Notes: generated by a model not told the origin, from the letters alone. 64,000 nt of DNA from an uncultured Chloroflexia bacterium (GCA_963700285.1 CAVOXA010000014.1:128001-192000), one strand, 5' to 3'; positions 41,137 to 52,967 are shown, numbered from the stretch's first letter. Program-made: numbers and translations.

Positions 41137-43319
41137 CGGCGGGCTGCCTGCTTTGCTTCCCAGTCGATGGTCCAGTTGTGGAAGTGCATGCTGAAGGGAT
41201 CCTCTGGCCCCTGATCGAGCCAAGAGTGCACGGCCTCGATCGACATGTCCACGGTGAGGGGGATGAAGGGCAGATCGCCCTCTGGGCCGAAAAAGCCCTC
41301 TTCGATCTGGCGGTAGAGCGCGATCCGGCGGTCCGGGTCTGGCTCTTCCCGCGCCTGAACGATCAGATCGTCGAGCGCCCCACATTCCCGGCCACGCGCC
41401 GGCATTGTGCCACTCTTGCACCACAGCACATCCCCAACCCAGTTGTTCTCGTCAGGATAGTCGGCGGCCCAGCCCATCGTCCACAAGTGGGGCCGCGTTT
41501 CCGCTGGCCCCCGAGCGGCGTCCATCCGCTCGCGGAAGGACAGTTGCTCAACCTGGATCATTTCCGGGCTGCAGCCCAGGTGTTCCACCCATTGGGCCTG
41601 CGCGTATTCACCGTTGGGCAGCGCATCGGGGCCAGGACCGATCATCAGCGTCACCTGGGGAAAGCCGGCGCAGTCCGGGTATCCAGCCTGAGCCAGTTGC
41701 TCTCGAGCGAACTCGGGATCGAAGCCGACCCCACCTCGTAGATGGGCGGGGCGCCAAAGATGCCCGGAGGGGCAAAGTGCACCATCGGCAGGCCTGACCC
41801 TGCATCACCTCCTCTGCGAGGGTCTGGCGGTCAAAGGCCGCGTTAAAGGCCCGACGCACATGCACATTGTCGAAGGGCGGCTTGTCGCGGGCGAAGCCAA
41901 GATAGAGCACCGCCGGATCGGGCACCGGATCCCCTTCGTCCGGGAACTGCTCCAGGTGCGCCTGCAGCTCCAGATCCGGGATCCCGAGACATCCACCTCA
42001 TTGTTGAGCCACAGGGCATAGCCGGTGACTCAGGTCGGGCACCACTCTGACCACGGTGCGCTCGATGTTGCCGCTACCGCGCAGGTCCTGGGGCATCAGC
42101 GGGTTGCGCCACAGGCTGCTGCGAACCCCACGCTGCCACTCGTGCAGCACGAAGCGGCCGTTGGTGACAATGCTTGCCCGGCTCTATCCAGGCTTCGCCG
42201 TGCTCCTCGACGGCCCACTGAGGCGTCGCCGCCAGCGTCCACATGGGCGTCATCGACAGAAAGTAGCTGGCCGGAAACGCCAGCTCGATGACCAGCGTGT
42301 CGTCCGCCGGCCCGGACCCCGATGGCCTCGACCAGTTCCGGCGGGATCGCAGCCGGATCTTCCGCGTACAGGACCTCTTCGCAGCCTTTAATCAGGGGCG
42401 CGACCACAGCGCTATAGTAGGAACCAACGTCGGGATCGCAGGCGCGCTTGATAGCGTATGCGAAATCGTGGGCCGTAACGGTGCGGGGCTTGCCTGCCTC
42501 GTCCAGCACTTGCCTCGTCTCGCCCGTGTCCGGGTCGTGGCGGACCCAGGGGATGTCGGTGCGCAGCTTGAAGGTGTAGACCAGGCCGTCGTCGCTGACC
42601 TGCCAGCTCTCTGCTACCTCGGGTACGAGCTCGAGCGTCTCTGGATCCCGGTCGGTGAGGTTCATGAACAGGTTTTCGATTTCGTCGAACGAGACCACGT
42701 CGCTGGCCAGTTGAGGGACATGGGCCGGGACGTCGGCATACAGCACGGCCTCGCAGCCCTTGATCAGCGGCGCTACCACGCTGCTGTAGTAACTGCCCAG
42801 GTTGGGATCGCAAGCGCGCTTGATGGCGTAGGCGAAATCGTGGGCCGTCACAAAGCGGGGGTTGCCCGCCTCGTCCAGCACCTGCTCCGTGTCGCCCGTG
42901 TCCGGGTCGTGGCGCACCCAGGGGATGTCAGGCCGCAGCTCGAAGGTGTAGACCAGGCCGTCGTCGCTGACCTGCCAGCTCGTAGCGGCCTCGGGCACGA
43001 ATTCGAGAGACTCCGGGTCGCGGCTCGTCAAGCTGACAAACAGGTTCTCGACAAAGTCGATCGAGCCCGCGTCATCGGCCAATTGCGGATCAAGGGTGGA
43101 GATCTCTGTGGTACGATAGCCATCAAAGGTCACAGGCTCCTGCGACGCCGACGGCGATGGCACGGCCGTCAGAGCGGGCGACGGAGCCTGCTCTCCGGTA
43201 GATGAAAGTACTGCAGTCTCCCCCAGGACCGCCGGCTCCGGGGTCGAAGCGCAGCCGGCCAGTACCATTGCCGCCAAGATCAAGGGCAACCGCAAACTTG
43301 GGTATCTCCTCTTTATCAT
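41133..43319 (-). CDS. Peptide ABC substrate-binding lipoprotein, OppA-like, with an internal 372-bp duplication (frameshifted)
   Basis: Lipobox LAGC; SDDGLVYTF/VTAHDFAYAIKR present twice; PFDNVHVRRAF; GWAADYPD. Confidence 0.85.
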
Positions 43320-43461
43320 CTCTTCCTCTTTCCAGCTCAGATTCCTACTCGAAAGTCTCAGAGAAGCGCCGAGACCGGCCAGTGTTCAGTGACGAATGGC
43401 CAAGGGATAGTGGGCCATCCCATGTCCATCCTCCCCCATCCACCGCTCCTGCTTCCTCCCC

Positions 43462-46400
43462 TCAGTGCGGCTCGATGACCATGTCTTTCCAGAAGAACGC
43501 GCCCGACGCCGACCTGGGGCTGCTCCGGACCCATGGCTTGACCAGCATATGCACCCTCGGGTAGGAGAGGGGTAGGAGGGGCACCTGCTCGACCAGGACA
43601 AGTTCTGCTTGAGCGTACAGCGCCATCCGCTCTGCCAGGTCCATGGCACGCCGTGCCCGCTCGATGAGGGCAAAGTACTGCTCTTCGCGCCAGGCCGTGG
43701 CGCGCTGCACCGCCACGCGGAGGTAAGTATCCGGATCCGGGTAGTCAGGCCCCCAGGCCACCAGAGTCAGGTGAGGTGGAGCGTTGCGGACCCGGTTGAT
43801 GAACTCGGCCCACGGTAGGACCTGGTAGCCGATCTCTACCCCCAAGATCTCATGCCACTGCGCCTGCAGGTGCGGGGCCTGGGCCCGGAACCCAAGAGGT
43901 GCCAGCAACTCCACCTCAGGGAAACCCCTGCCGCCAGAATATCCGGCCTCTGCCAGGAGTTGCCGGCCACGCTCTGGGACGTACGGCAGGGCGATACCCG
44001 CCGAGTGTCCCGGCATGCCAGGCGGCACAAGCCCGCCGGTAGCCGGCTGGTAGTAGCCGGCGGAGGTGACGTCGACCAGTCCCTCCCGGTCCAGTGCATA
44101 GGCAAAGGCCAGCCGCACCCGGAGGTCGTCAAAGGGCGTGCGTGTCAGATCAAAGGCCAGGTAGCGGGTTAGCACCCCGGGTTGCGTTATGTAGTCCCCT
44201 GCCAACCTCCGCCGTACCCGATCCGCCTCTTTCGGGTCGTCAACATCCAGCCCGATGATATCCAGAAGATCGGCCTCGTACATCTCGAGAATAGAACGCC
44301 AATCCCCTAGGAGACCCAGCGGCAGCTCCACTCGTTGGACGTTGCCGCCGAACCGCCCGTGGTACCGCAGGTTGCGCACAAGTACCAAGGAGTTGCCCCG
44401 CTGCCATGAATCCAGTCTAAGGGGCCCATTGGTGAGGATGTTCTCGGGCTCCGACCAGGCTGAGCCCAGTCGCTCAACGAGGTGGCGAGGAACCGGATAC
44501 AGGGCGCTGTAGCTCAGCAGTGGCAGAAGGTATCCCGTCGGCGCCTCAAGCTCCACGGCGAGTGTGACGTCGTCAATGGCCATCACACCCAGGCCATCCG
44601 ACTTGGAGACGTGTCTATTGTGGTATGCCTTGGCCCCCTTTATGTCGTATAGCAGGCTGGCATTTCGGGATTCACTCGCAGGAGCCAGCACGCGCTTCCA
44701 GGCGTAGACAAAGTCATGGGCTGTCACCGGCACCCCGTCACTCCAATAGGCATCAGCCCGCAGGCGAAAAACAACCCTGCGCCCATCCCGGGAGACCTCC
44801 CAGCTTGCAGCCACGTCAGGCACAACGCCACCGTCATAGGTGAAATCCACCAGCCCACTGAATAGTTGTTCAACGAGATCGAGGGAACCCTCGTCAGTCG
44901 CGAATGCTGGGTCCAGGGTCAGCGGGTCAACGCCTGGCTCCCTGAGGGCATGGGGTGCAGGCGGCAGCGAAGCGGCAGTGGCGGCCTCTTCCGCACGGCG
45001 CCAGAAGGCAAAGCCCTCGTCATAGGCCAGGCGGGCCTGCTGGAAGTCAAAGGCCGCATCGTGCGTCAGCCCCAACCGCATCAATGTGCGCGCCGCTTGC
45101 TCATCCTCTCCTGCCTCTTTCAGGGACACCAGCGCCCGCTGGTAATAGTCCGTCGCCTCCTGGAGGGCATAGGCAAGCCTCGCCCGATCCCCTGCCCGCA
45201 ACAGGTACTCTGTCGCCTTCTCGACGTCACCGGCTCGCTCCCAGTGGTAGGCCAGCAAGCCCACCTGCTCCTCCACCCGCACGTGGAACAGTCGCTCTAG
45301 CGCCTCGGCCACCTGCCGGTGGAAGACACGCCGGTCTTTTATCAATAGTCCGTTGTAAGCTGCCTCCTGGGTCAGCTGGTGCTTAAAGATGTACTCCAGA
45401 TCCGGCAGCCGCGCTCTCTCACGTATCATCTCTTCCCGCTGCAGCGTCTGCAGCTCAGCGTGCAAATCGCGTTCCTCATGGGCGAGCTGCGTCAGCACCC
45501 GGCACAGAAAGAGCCGCCCGATGACCGCCGCCATCTGCAACACCCGCTTCGTCTCCTCCTCCAGCCGGTCGATGCGGGCCGCCAACACCCCCTGCAAGGT
45601 GTCTGGGATTGCGATCTCGCTCACCTCCCGCGCCGCCAGCCAGCGACCTGTCCCTACCTCTTGCTCGATGGCTCCCTCATCGATCAAGGAGCGCAGTACC
45701 TCCTCCAGGAAGAAGGGGTTGCCCTCGGCCCGGTCCAGGATTCTCTCCTTAAGCTCAGGGGGCAGGCATTCCATCCACAGCAGGTTTCCCACCAACCGCC
45801 CACTCTCAGCCTCGGACAGGGGATCAAGCCACAGATCGGTGTGCCGCTGTCCGTGGTCCCGGGCAGCCGTTTGCCTCAACTGCCAGGACTTGTGCGACCG
45901 CTCCGGGCGGAATACGCAGACGATCAACAGCGCGTGCCCTTCGGTGACGGCCAGCAGCTTTTCCAGCAACTCTATCGACGTCGGGTCCGCCCAATGCAGG
46001 TCCTCCACGACAAGCACCAGGGACCTTTCCCTGGCCGCAGATGCAACCAGCGTCTCCACAGCGCGGAACGTGGCAGACTTGAGCTCCCGGCCATCCAAGT
46101 GGCTCAGCCTGGCCTCCGACTCTTTTTCCAGTGGTAGGGACATCAGCGCGGCCAGGAAAGGGTAGACCTCATCAGACTGCTCAGGGTACAGGGCCTGGAC
46201 GCGTCCTCGCAGGGCATCCCCGACATCCACAGGACCGTCCCCCACGCGCACTCCCAGCAGCCCTCGCAGCAGATCGAGCCAGACAAGATAGGCCACGGAG
46301 CCACCGTAGGACAGACAGCGGCCCTCGACCCATTGGACCCAGCCTTGTGAAGGCTCCTTCGCAAGGCTTTGCTTGCGCAGCTCCGCCACCAGCCGTGACT

Positions 46401-47405
46401 TGCCGATCCCGGCTTCGCCTACGAGGGTCGCGATGCCGCCCGCCCCGGTCTGCAGGCGGTCCAGCGCCTCGGTCAGGGCAGCCAACTCTTCTACCCTACC
46501 CACCAGCGGAGAATCCAGCCCGGCGATGCCACGCAGCTTGCCGGGGGCATCCTCTGGCGCCAGCACCCGGTAGACGTCGACTCGCTCCATCCGGCCCTTG
46601 ACCTCAATTGGCCCTAGGGCCTCCGTCTCAAATAGAGGCGCGACCAGTTTGTGGGTGGCCTCACTGATCAGCACCGTGCCTGGCTCCGCCGCCGACTCTA
46701 TCCGCGCCGCCAGGTTCACCGCGTCGCCCATGGCCGTGTACTCGACCCGCAGGTCCGAGCCCACCTCGCCCACGACGACCAAGCCGGTGTTGATCCCCAC
46801 CCGCACGTTGAACCCCTGGACCCCTCGCTCTCGCGCCAGACGCGTTGCATAGTCTTGAGCACCCGCGATTATGTCCAGGGCAGCGCGACAGGCCCGCTCC
46901 GCATCGTCCTCGTGGGCAATCGGCGCGCCAAAGAAGGCCAGGATGGCGTCGCCCATCAGCCGGGCCAGCGTGCCCTCGTAACGGGTTACGGGCTCGATGA
47001 GGACGTCAAAGGCCCCGTCCATGATCTCCATCACGTCTTCCGGATCGAGTTCTTCGGCCATGGCCGTCGAACCCTTGACGTCACAGAAGAGGATGGTTAC
47101 CGTGCGCCGCTCACGGCCCACCTGGCCCCGCGAAGCCAGCAACCGCTCGGCGTACTCTTTGGGCACCAAGCCGTCTCAGGAGGCGGCCGCCGTTGGCCTC
47201 AGGCGCAGGCCGCGGTTCGCAGCCAGGGCTGCGCCAGTACCTAGGGCGGATGGGCAGCACGGTTCGCGCCGCAGTCAAGACAAAACCTGGCCTGGAGGGG
47301 CAGCTCAGTGCCGCACTGGGCGCAGATCAGACCAGCCTGGACCCGCACTTCAGGCAGAACTTGGCGCGTTCGGGATTTTCGGTGGTCGCAGCTCGCACAC
47401 TGCAT
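43462..47405 (-). CDS. Zinc ribbon-class III nucleotidyl cyclase-AAA/STAND ATPase-TPR-peptide-binding (family 5) fusion, copy 1 (frameshifts in N-terminal ribbon)
   Basis: Continuous 1235-aa ORF joins ILFCDVKGST/RLMGD/GDAVNLAARIE, GEAGIGKS/VEDLHWAD, GNPFFLEE and WSDGVPVTAHDF..WGPDYPDP. Confidence 0.9.
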
Positions 47406-47558
47406 CTCAACCCTCCGATCTGCGTAGCGGTTTGTGCGAGATTATCGGTACAAAGACATCTCGCCTTTCGCGCCAGTCTTCGCCACGATAAGCGTGTGAC
47501 GGTAGCGACAGAGGCCAGGTGTCCCTGGTTCTGGCCCAGAGCGAAGAACCCCTACTCG

Positions 47559-47587
47559 ATTATAGAACAGATGAACAGATTTGTCAA
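47559..47587 (-). promoter_or_regulatory. Consensus sigma70 promoter of the cyclase-Opp operon
   Basis: TTGACA-17-TATAAT on the minus strand. Confidence 0.75.
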
Positions 47588-47923
47588 CTATTGCCTGCAG
47601 GCCACGTACCTTACGTACAGTTGTGGGCACCTCATCAGCGCAGGACCTGCTCGGTCCTGGCATCCGGCGCCATCCTCTCTCCTGGTCCATCGCCCGCCTG
47701 GCCTGCTGGCAAGGGCAATGATAGGCTCGTGGCGCCACGGTGGTTCCAGGTCCTGTCTGTCAAGTACCACAGACAGGCCGGAAATAGCCAGCGCCCGTTC
47801 GGCGCCGGGGACAGGCCAGGCCAAGCCGTCTCCAGTTGGATGTGGCACAGTTCGCCCTTATGTGGTAGAATACCTAGGCGGTGCCCAAACCGCGAGACTG
47901 TCAGACTAGGAGGAGGTCAATTG

Positions 47924-48493
47924 ATGCTACGGGATCTGGTACTGAAGAACAGAAGCTACCGCCGCTTCCACCAGGAGGTCGCCATCGACACAGAGACGCT
48001 GAGGGATCTCGTGGATCTGGCCCGACTCTCCGGCTCCGGCAGCAACCAGCAAGCCCTCAAGTTCATGCTGGTCAACGACCCGCAGACCTGCGCCGTGGTG
48101 TTTCCCCGCCTGGGCTGGGCAGGGTTCATCAAGGACTGGCCCGGCCCGGGCGAGGGGGAGCGGCCCTCGGCCTACATCATCATCCTGGGCGATACCGAGA
48201 TCAGCAACTCCTTCGGCGTCGATTGGGGCATCGCTGCGCAGAGCATCATGCTTGGCGCCGCGGAGAAGGGCTGGGGCGGCTGCATGATCGGATCCGTCAG
48301 CCGGAAAAACCTCCGAGATGCGCTGGACATCTCGGAGCGTTTCAAGATCCTGCTGGTCCTGGCCCTGGGCAAGCCCGCGGAGAAGGTCGTCATCGACCCA
48401 GTCGGATCAGATGGCAGCATCAAGTACTGGCGCGACAGCGACAGCGTGCACCACGTTCCAAAACGGTCTCTGGACGAGCTGATCGTCGGCTAG
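47924..48493 (+). CDS. Nitroreductase family protein
   Basis: AGGAGG RBS; NRSYRRF, SGSNQQ, IAAQSIMLGA..GWGGC, PKR. Confidence 0.9.
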   Translation: MLRDLVLKNRSYRRFHQEVAIDTETLRDLVDLARLSGSGSNQQALKFMLVNDPQTCAVVFPRLGWAGFIKDWPGPGEGERPSAYIIILGDTEISNSFGVDWGIAAQSIMLGAAEKGWGGCMIGSVSRKNLRDALDISERFKILLVLALGKPAEKVVIDPVGSDGSIKYWRDSDSVHHVPKRSLDELIVG

Positions 48494-48542
48494 CCCTCAA
48501 GCGTGGCCGCGGCCCATATCCTGCGACAATGGAGGAGGCAGC

Positions 48543-49034
48543 ATGGCGATCGAGATCCGCCCGGCAACCCCCCAGGACTATGATGACTTGTGCGCGCTCC
48601 TTGACCAGGTGGATGCCCTGCACCGCGACAACCTGAGTCACCTCTACCAGAAGCCACGCGGGCCAGCCCGAGGCAAAGACTATGTCCTGAGCCTGCTCGC
48701 AGACGAGGATGTGTGCCTGTTCGTGGGCGAGGCTGCCGGCGTCGTCGTCGGCTTTGTGCATGTTCAGGTGTGCGAGTCGCCGCCCATACCAATCTTTGTC
48801 CCACGACGATACGCGGTCGTGGACAACCTGGTGGTAGACCGGCACTTCCAACGACGCGGCCTGGGCCGGGCGCTCATGGAACAGGCGCATCGGTGGGCCG
48901 CAGATCAAGGCGCCACCGCAGTCGAGTTAACCGTCTACGATTTCAACGAAACGGCCCGCGCCTTCTACAAGAGCCTTGGCTACGTCGTCCAAAGCTCCCA
49001 GATGTACAGGCCTCTCAAGCAGGACTTGCCCTGA
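48543..49034 (+). CDS. GNAT acetyltransferase
   Basis: LVVDRHFQRRGLGRALM, NETARAFYKSLGY. Confidence 0.92.
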   Translation: MAIEIRPATPQDYDDLCALLDQVDALHRDNLSHLYQKPRGPARGKDYVLSLLADEDVCLFVGEAAGVVVGFVHVQVCESPPIPIFVPRRYAVVDNLVVDRHFQRRGLGRALMEQAHRWAADQGATAVELTVYDFNETARAFYKSLGYVVQSSQMYRPLKQDLP

Positions 49035-49066
49035 TCGCGGCAGACCCCACAGGAAGCGGTGGCAGC

Positions 49067-49799
49067 ATGGCGCTACGGTTTGCGTTCTTGGTTCTGCAAG
49101 AGCACCCTTATGGGCGCGAGATGTTGCGCATCCTCCTGGACCAGGGCTTTGTGCCGGGGCTCGTCATCGAAGAGGTCTCGGCCGTTGCCGACGAGGAGCG
49201 GGCCAAGTTCCTGACCCGCATCGCCGGCCAGCCGGTGCCACCGGCCACGGCCGAACTCGTCGCCGCTTCGGACATCCCCCGCCGGGAGGTGGCCAATCAC
49301 AACGAATTCGCCTGTCGCCAGTACCTGGAGGCATTCCGCCCCGACCTCACCGTGCTGGGCGGTACGCGCATCCTGCGCCCCGACATCCTGGCCATCCCGC
49401 GCCTGGGCACGGTCAACGCCCACCCGGGGCTGCTGCCCTGGCTCCGGGGCTCCTCGTCGGTGGCCTGGGCGCTGTACAAAGATCTGCCGCTCGGTTCGAC
49501 CACGCACCTGTTGGACGCGAGCATCGATACCGGCCCCATCATCCTGCGGCGGCGGTTGGCGGTCCGCCACGGGGACACCTACGAGCAGCTCGTCCGCCGC
49601 ATGCTCACGCTCTCTGGCGAACTGATGGCCGATACGCTGGCACTGTTCCAGGCAGAAGGCGGTGGAAACACTCGGCCAGGACCCGAACGCCGGCGAAACC
49701 CTGCGCGTAATCCCAGCCGATCTGCTGGAAGAGGCCAAGGCCAAGCTGGCTCGGGGACACTATAGTCACTTTGTCGACGCAGGAGGAACGAATGATTGA
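49067..49799 (+). CDS. Formyltransferase-domain protein (frameshift near 3' end)
   Basis: VNAHPGLLPWLRG, IDTGPII motifs. Confidence 0.8.
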
Positions 49800-51069
49800 A
49801 CCAAGCTTTGAGTCAGGCCTGACCGCCGCCCTGGAAATGGACCGGCAGGACAACCTGGCGTCCTTCCGCGATGCTTTTGTCATAGACCAGCCGGACCTCG
49901 TCTACCTGGACGGCAATTCTCTGGGCCGCCTGCCCCACAAGGCGGCCGAGCGGATGCAAACAGCCGTCGAGGACGAGTGGGGCCGCGACCTGATCCGGAG
50001 TTGGAACGCCAATTGGTTCAGCGCCCCGGCCCGGGTGGGCGACAAGATCGCCCGCCTGGTAGGCGCCGGCCCGGGGCAGGTCGTGGTCAGCGATTCCACC
50101 TCGGTCAACCTCTTCAAGCTGGTCATGGCCGCGCTGGCCATGCGGCCCGACAGGCTGGGCATCGTCAGCGACGTACTAAACTTTCCCTCCGATCTCTACA
50201 TCCTTCAGGGCTGCAGCCAATTGCTGGGCAATCGCCACCAGATCCAACTGGTTCCCTCGGCCGACGGGATCGAGCCCGACCTCCAGGAACTCTGGCAGAC
50301 CATCGACGAACAGACGGCACTGGTGACCCTGTCCCACGTGTGCTTCAAGAGCGGCTACCTCTATGACGCATTGGCGGTGACCGAGCGCGCGCACGAGGCC
50401 GGCGCCCTGGTCCTCTGGGACCTGAGCCATTCCGTGGGGGCCGCGCCTGTAGACCTGGATCGCTGCGGTGTGGATCTGGCAATCGGCTGCACCTACAAGT
50501 ACCTCAACGGCGGGCCCGGGTCGCCGGCCTTTCTGTACGTCAGCCACGACCTGCAGGAAGCCGCCTCATCGCCCATCTGGGGCTGGCACGGCCAGCGGTC
50601 GCCCTTTGCCTTCAACCTGGGCTATGAGCCCCTGGAGGGCGTGGGCCGCTTTCTGACCGGCACACCACCGGTCCTCTCCCTCCTGGCCATGGAGGCCGCC
50701 CTCGACCTGACCCTGGAGGCCGGCATGGACCGCATCCACACCAAGTCGGTCAAGCTCACTTCCTACCTGATCCACCTGGTGGACGCTGTGCTTGCCCCCC
50801 TGGGCTTCACGCTGGGCACGCCACGCGACCCCGGCCACCGCGGCTCCCACGTCAGCATCCGCCATCCGGAGGGCTACCGCATCAACCGGGCGCTCATCGA
50901 AGAGATGCAGGTTCTGCCCGATTTTCGAGAGCCGGACAACATCAGGCTGGGATTGGCACCCCTCTACACCTCCTTTGCCGAGGTCTGGCAGGCCGTGGAT
51001 CGCATCCGATTGACCATAGAGGAAAAGCGCTACGAACGCTATTCGACAGCGAGACAGACCGTGACCTAG
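49792..51069 (+). CDS. kynU: Kynureninase
   Basis: YLDGNSLG, FPSDLY, WDLSHSVG, GCTYKYLNGGPG, RGSHV, APLYT. Confidence 0.95.
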   Translation: MIEPSFESGLTAALEMDRQDNLASFRDAFVIDQPDLVYLDGNSLGRLPHKAAERMQTAVEDEWGRDLIRSWNANWFSAPARVGDKIARLVGAGPGQVVVSDSTSVNLFKLVMAALAMRPDRLGIVSDVLNFPSDLYILQGCSQLLGNRHQIQLVPSADGIEPDLQELWQTIDEQTALVTLSHVCFKSGYLYDALAVTERAHEAGALVLWDLSHSVGAAPVDLDRCGVDLAIGCTYKYLNGGPGSPAFLYVSHDLQEAASSPIWGWHGQRSPFAFNLGYEPLEGVGRFLTGTPPVLSLLAMEAALDLTLEAGMDRIHTKSVKLTSYLIHLVDAVLAPLGFTLGTPRDPGHRGSHVSIRHPEGYRINRALIEEMQVLPDFREPDNIRLGLAPLYTSFAEVWQAVDRIRLTIEEKRYERYSTARQTVT

Positions 51070-51095
51070 ATGCGCGATTCGGATCTGCGCCATCC

Positions 51096-51193
51096 AGACC
51101 TCGGAGGTTTCTCACGCCCTTCCACAAGTCGAGTCGGAAGAACATTGGCCCGATCCTCGACTGTTTGGATACCCGGCAAAACCTCCGAGGTCT
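51096..51193. repeat. REP-like palindrome doublet (AGACCTCCGAGGTCT family)
   Basis: AGACCTCGGAGGTTT at 51096 and AAACCTCCGAGGTCT at 51179, inverted pair. Confidence 0.75.
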
Positions 51194-51217
51194 GTTCTCG
51201 ATAAGGAAGGACACTCG

Positions 51218-52898
51218 ATGGCTAATACCCCATTCGCAGAACTTGCCCAACTTGGCGAAGAACTGGAGGCGACAACCAAACGCCTCGAGATGTCGACGCT
51301 GCTTGCTGGCTTTCTGAGACAGCTCGCCCCAGAGGAGATCCCCCCAGCGGTGCGCCTGACCATCGGCCAGGTCTTTCCGGAATGGGACGGCCGGGCGCTG
51401 AATGTGAGCTGGAAAGTCGTCATCGCCGTCGTGGACAACCTGACCGATGCGGCCCCCCAGGTCCGGGAGGAGATCTGGGGCCAGGCGGCAGATGGGGGTG
51501 AGGCCGTGCGCCTCTTGCTCGAGCGCGCCCGCATACAGCCTCCTGAGGCGCCGCCGCTGACGATTTTGGGTGTGTACGGCACCTTCGAAGAGATCGCCGC
51601 GACGGCGGGCAGGGGCTCCCGGGCGCGCCGGGAGGCGCTCTTGCGCAGGGCTGCTGGTCCGGGCCACCCCCGTGGAGGCCAAGTACTTGGCCAAGATCAT
51701 CTACCAGGACATGCGCCACGGCGTCAGTGAAGGCATCATGCTCGACGGCATCGCCAGGGCGGCCGGGGTCAAGGCCCCGCTCGTGCGCCGCGCCAACCAG
51801 TTGTGGGGCGACCTGGGTGAGGTGGCGCTTGTAGCCTTGACGGAAGGAGAAGCGGGCCTGATCAGAGCCAGCCTGCGCCTTTTCCGCCCCATCAAGCCCA
51901 TGCTGGCCCATACCGCCGGCAGCCTCGATGAAGCAATGGAGCGACACGGTGGCGGGTTGGCCCTGGAGTACAAACTCGACGGAGCGCGGGTCCAGATCCA
52001 CCGCCGGGGTGACCAGGTACGCATCTACTCGCGCAATCTGGCGGACGTCACAGCCAGCCTGCCGGACGTCGCCGCTGAGGTCCAGAAAAAGCTGGGGGCA
52101 GAGGAGGCCATCCTGGAAGGCGAAGCGCTAGCCGTGGACCATCAGGGGCACCCGCTGCCCTTCCAGCATCTCATGCGCCGCTTCCGCCGCACACGCGATG
52201 TGGCGGCGACGGTCGCCCAGATACCCGTCCATCTCCACCTTTTTGACGTGCTGTACGTAGATGGCCGGTCGCTGGTGGATGAAAGCAACGAGGCTCGATG
52301 GGCGGAACTGGAATCCGCTGCCGGCGGACTCGACCTGGTGCGCCGTATCCTGCCGGGTACCATGGAGGAAGGTAAGGCGTTCACCGACGAGGCTTACCGC
52401 GACGGCCACGAAGGGGTGATGGCCAAATCCCTGGACAGCACCTACAGTCCCGGTGTGCGGGGCAAGTCCTGGCTCAAGCTCAAACACGTCGTCAGCCTGG
52501 ATCTGGTCATCGTCGCCGCCGACTGGGGCTATGGGCGGCGGCGAGGTTGGCTATCCAACTACCACCTGGCAGCCCGCGATGCCGAAAGCGGCGAATTCCT
52601 GGTCGTGGGCAAGACCTACAAAGGGCTGACCGACGTGGAATTCCAGGTCATGACCACACGCCTTCTTGCCCTGGAACAGGGGAGACGCGACGGTACCGTC
52701 TTTGTCCAACCCAGGGTCGTCGTCGAGGTTCTGTTCAACGAGATCCAGGAGAGCAACCGGTACCGGTCGGGCCTGGCGCTCCGCTTCGCCCGTATCGCCG
52801 GCCTCCGCGAGGACAAAACGCCGGCCGAGGCCGACACGATTCAGACGCTGCGCCAGCTCTACGACCAGCAGTTCCAATACAAAGGGCGATTGCCCTGA
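51218..52898 (+). CDS. ATP-dependent DNA ligase, archaeal/LigB-like (frameshift near 51645)
   Basis: EYKLDGARVQ motif I, ILEGE, LFDVL, EGVMAK, WLKLK, LRFARI. Confidence 0.92.
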
Positions 52899-52967
52899 TT
52901 TCGCAAGAGCCCAACGCCCACGCTTGGTTGAGGGACGCAAGGGCCTGAGCTGAAATCGTAACAGACC

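Noticed and set aside
34817-47405. Cyclase/cNMP/HD genes as a Pycsar- or Avs-type anti-phage system
   Set aside because: The cyclases are in an importer operon with peptide-binding domains, and the cNMP domains are on CRP, PP2C and a peptidase rather than TIR, nuclease or pore effectors. Signalling fits better, though defence is not formally excluded.
3000-52898. Many frameshifted genes (both SBPs, both oppB, ybgA-like, Rieske oxygenase, crtD-like, DUF427, DUF1295, cyclases, ligase) as pseudogenes or programmed frameshifts
   Set aside because: Single-base indels are scattered through otherwise intact genes, with no shared slippery motif. Long-read error is the simplest explanation; polishing would decide.
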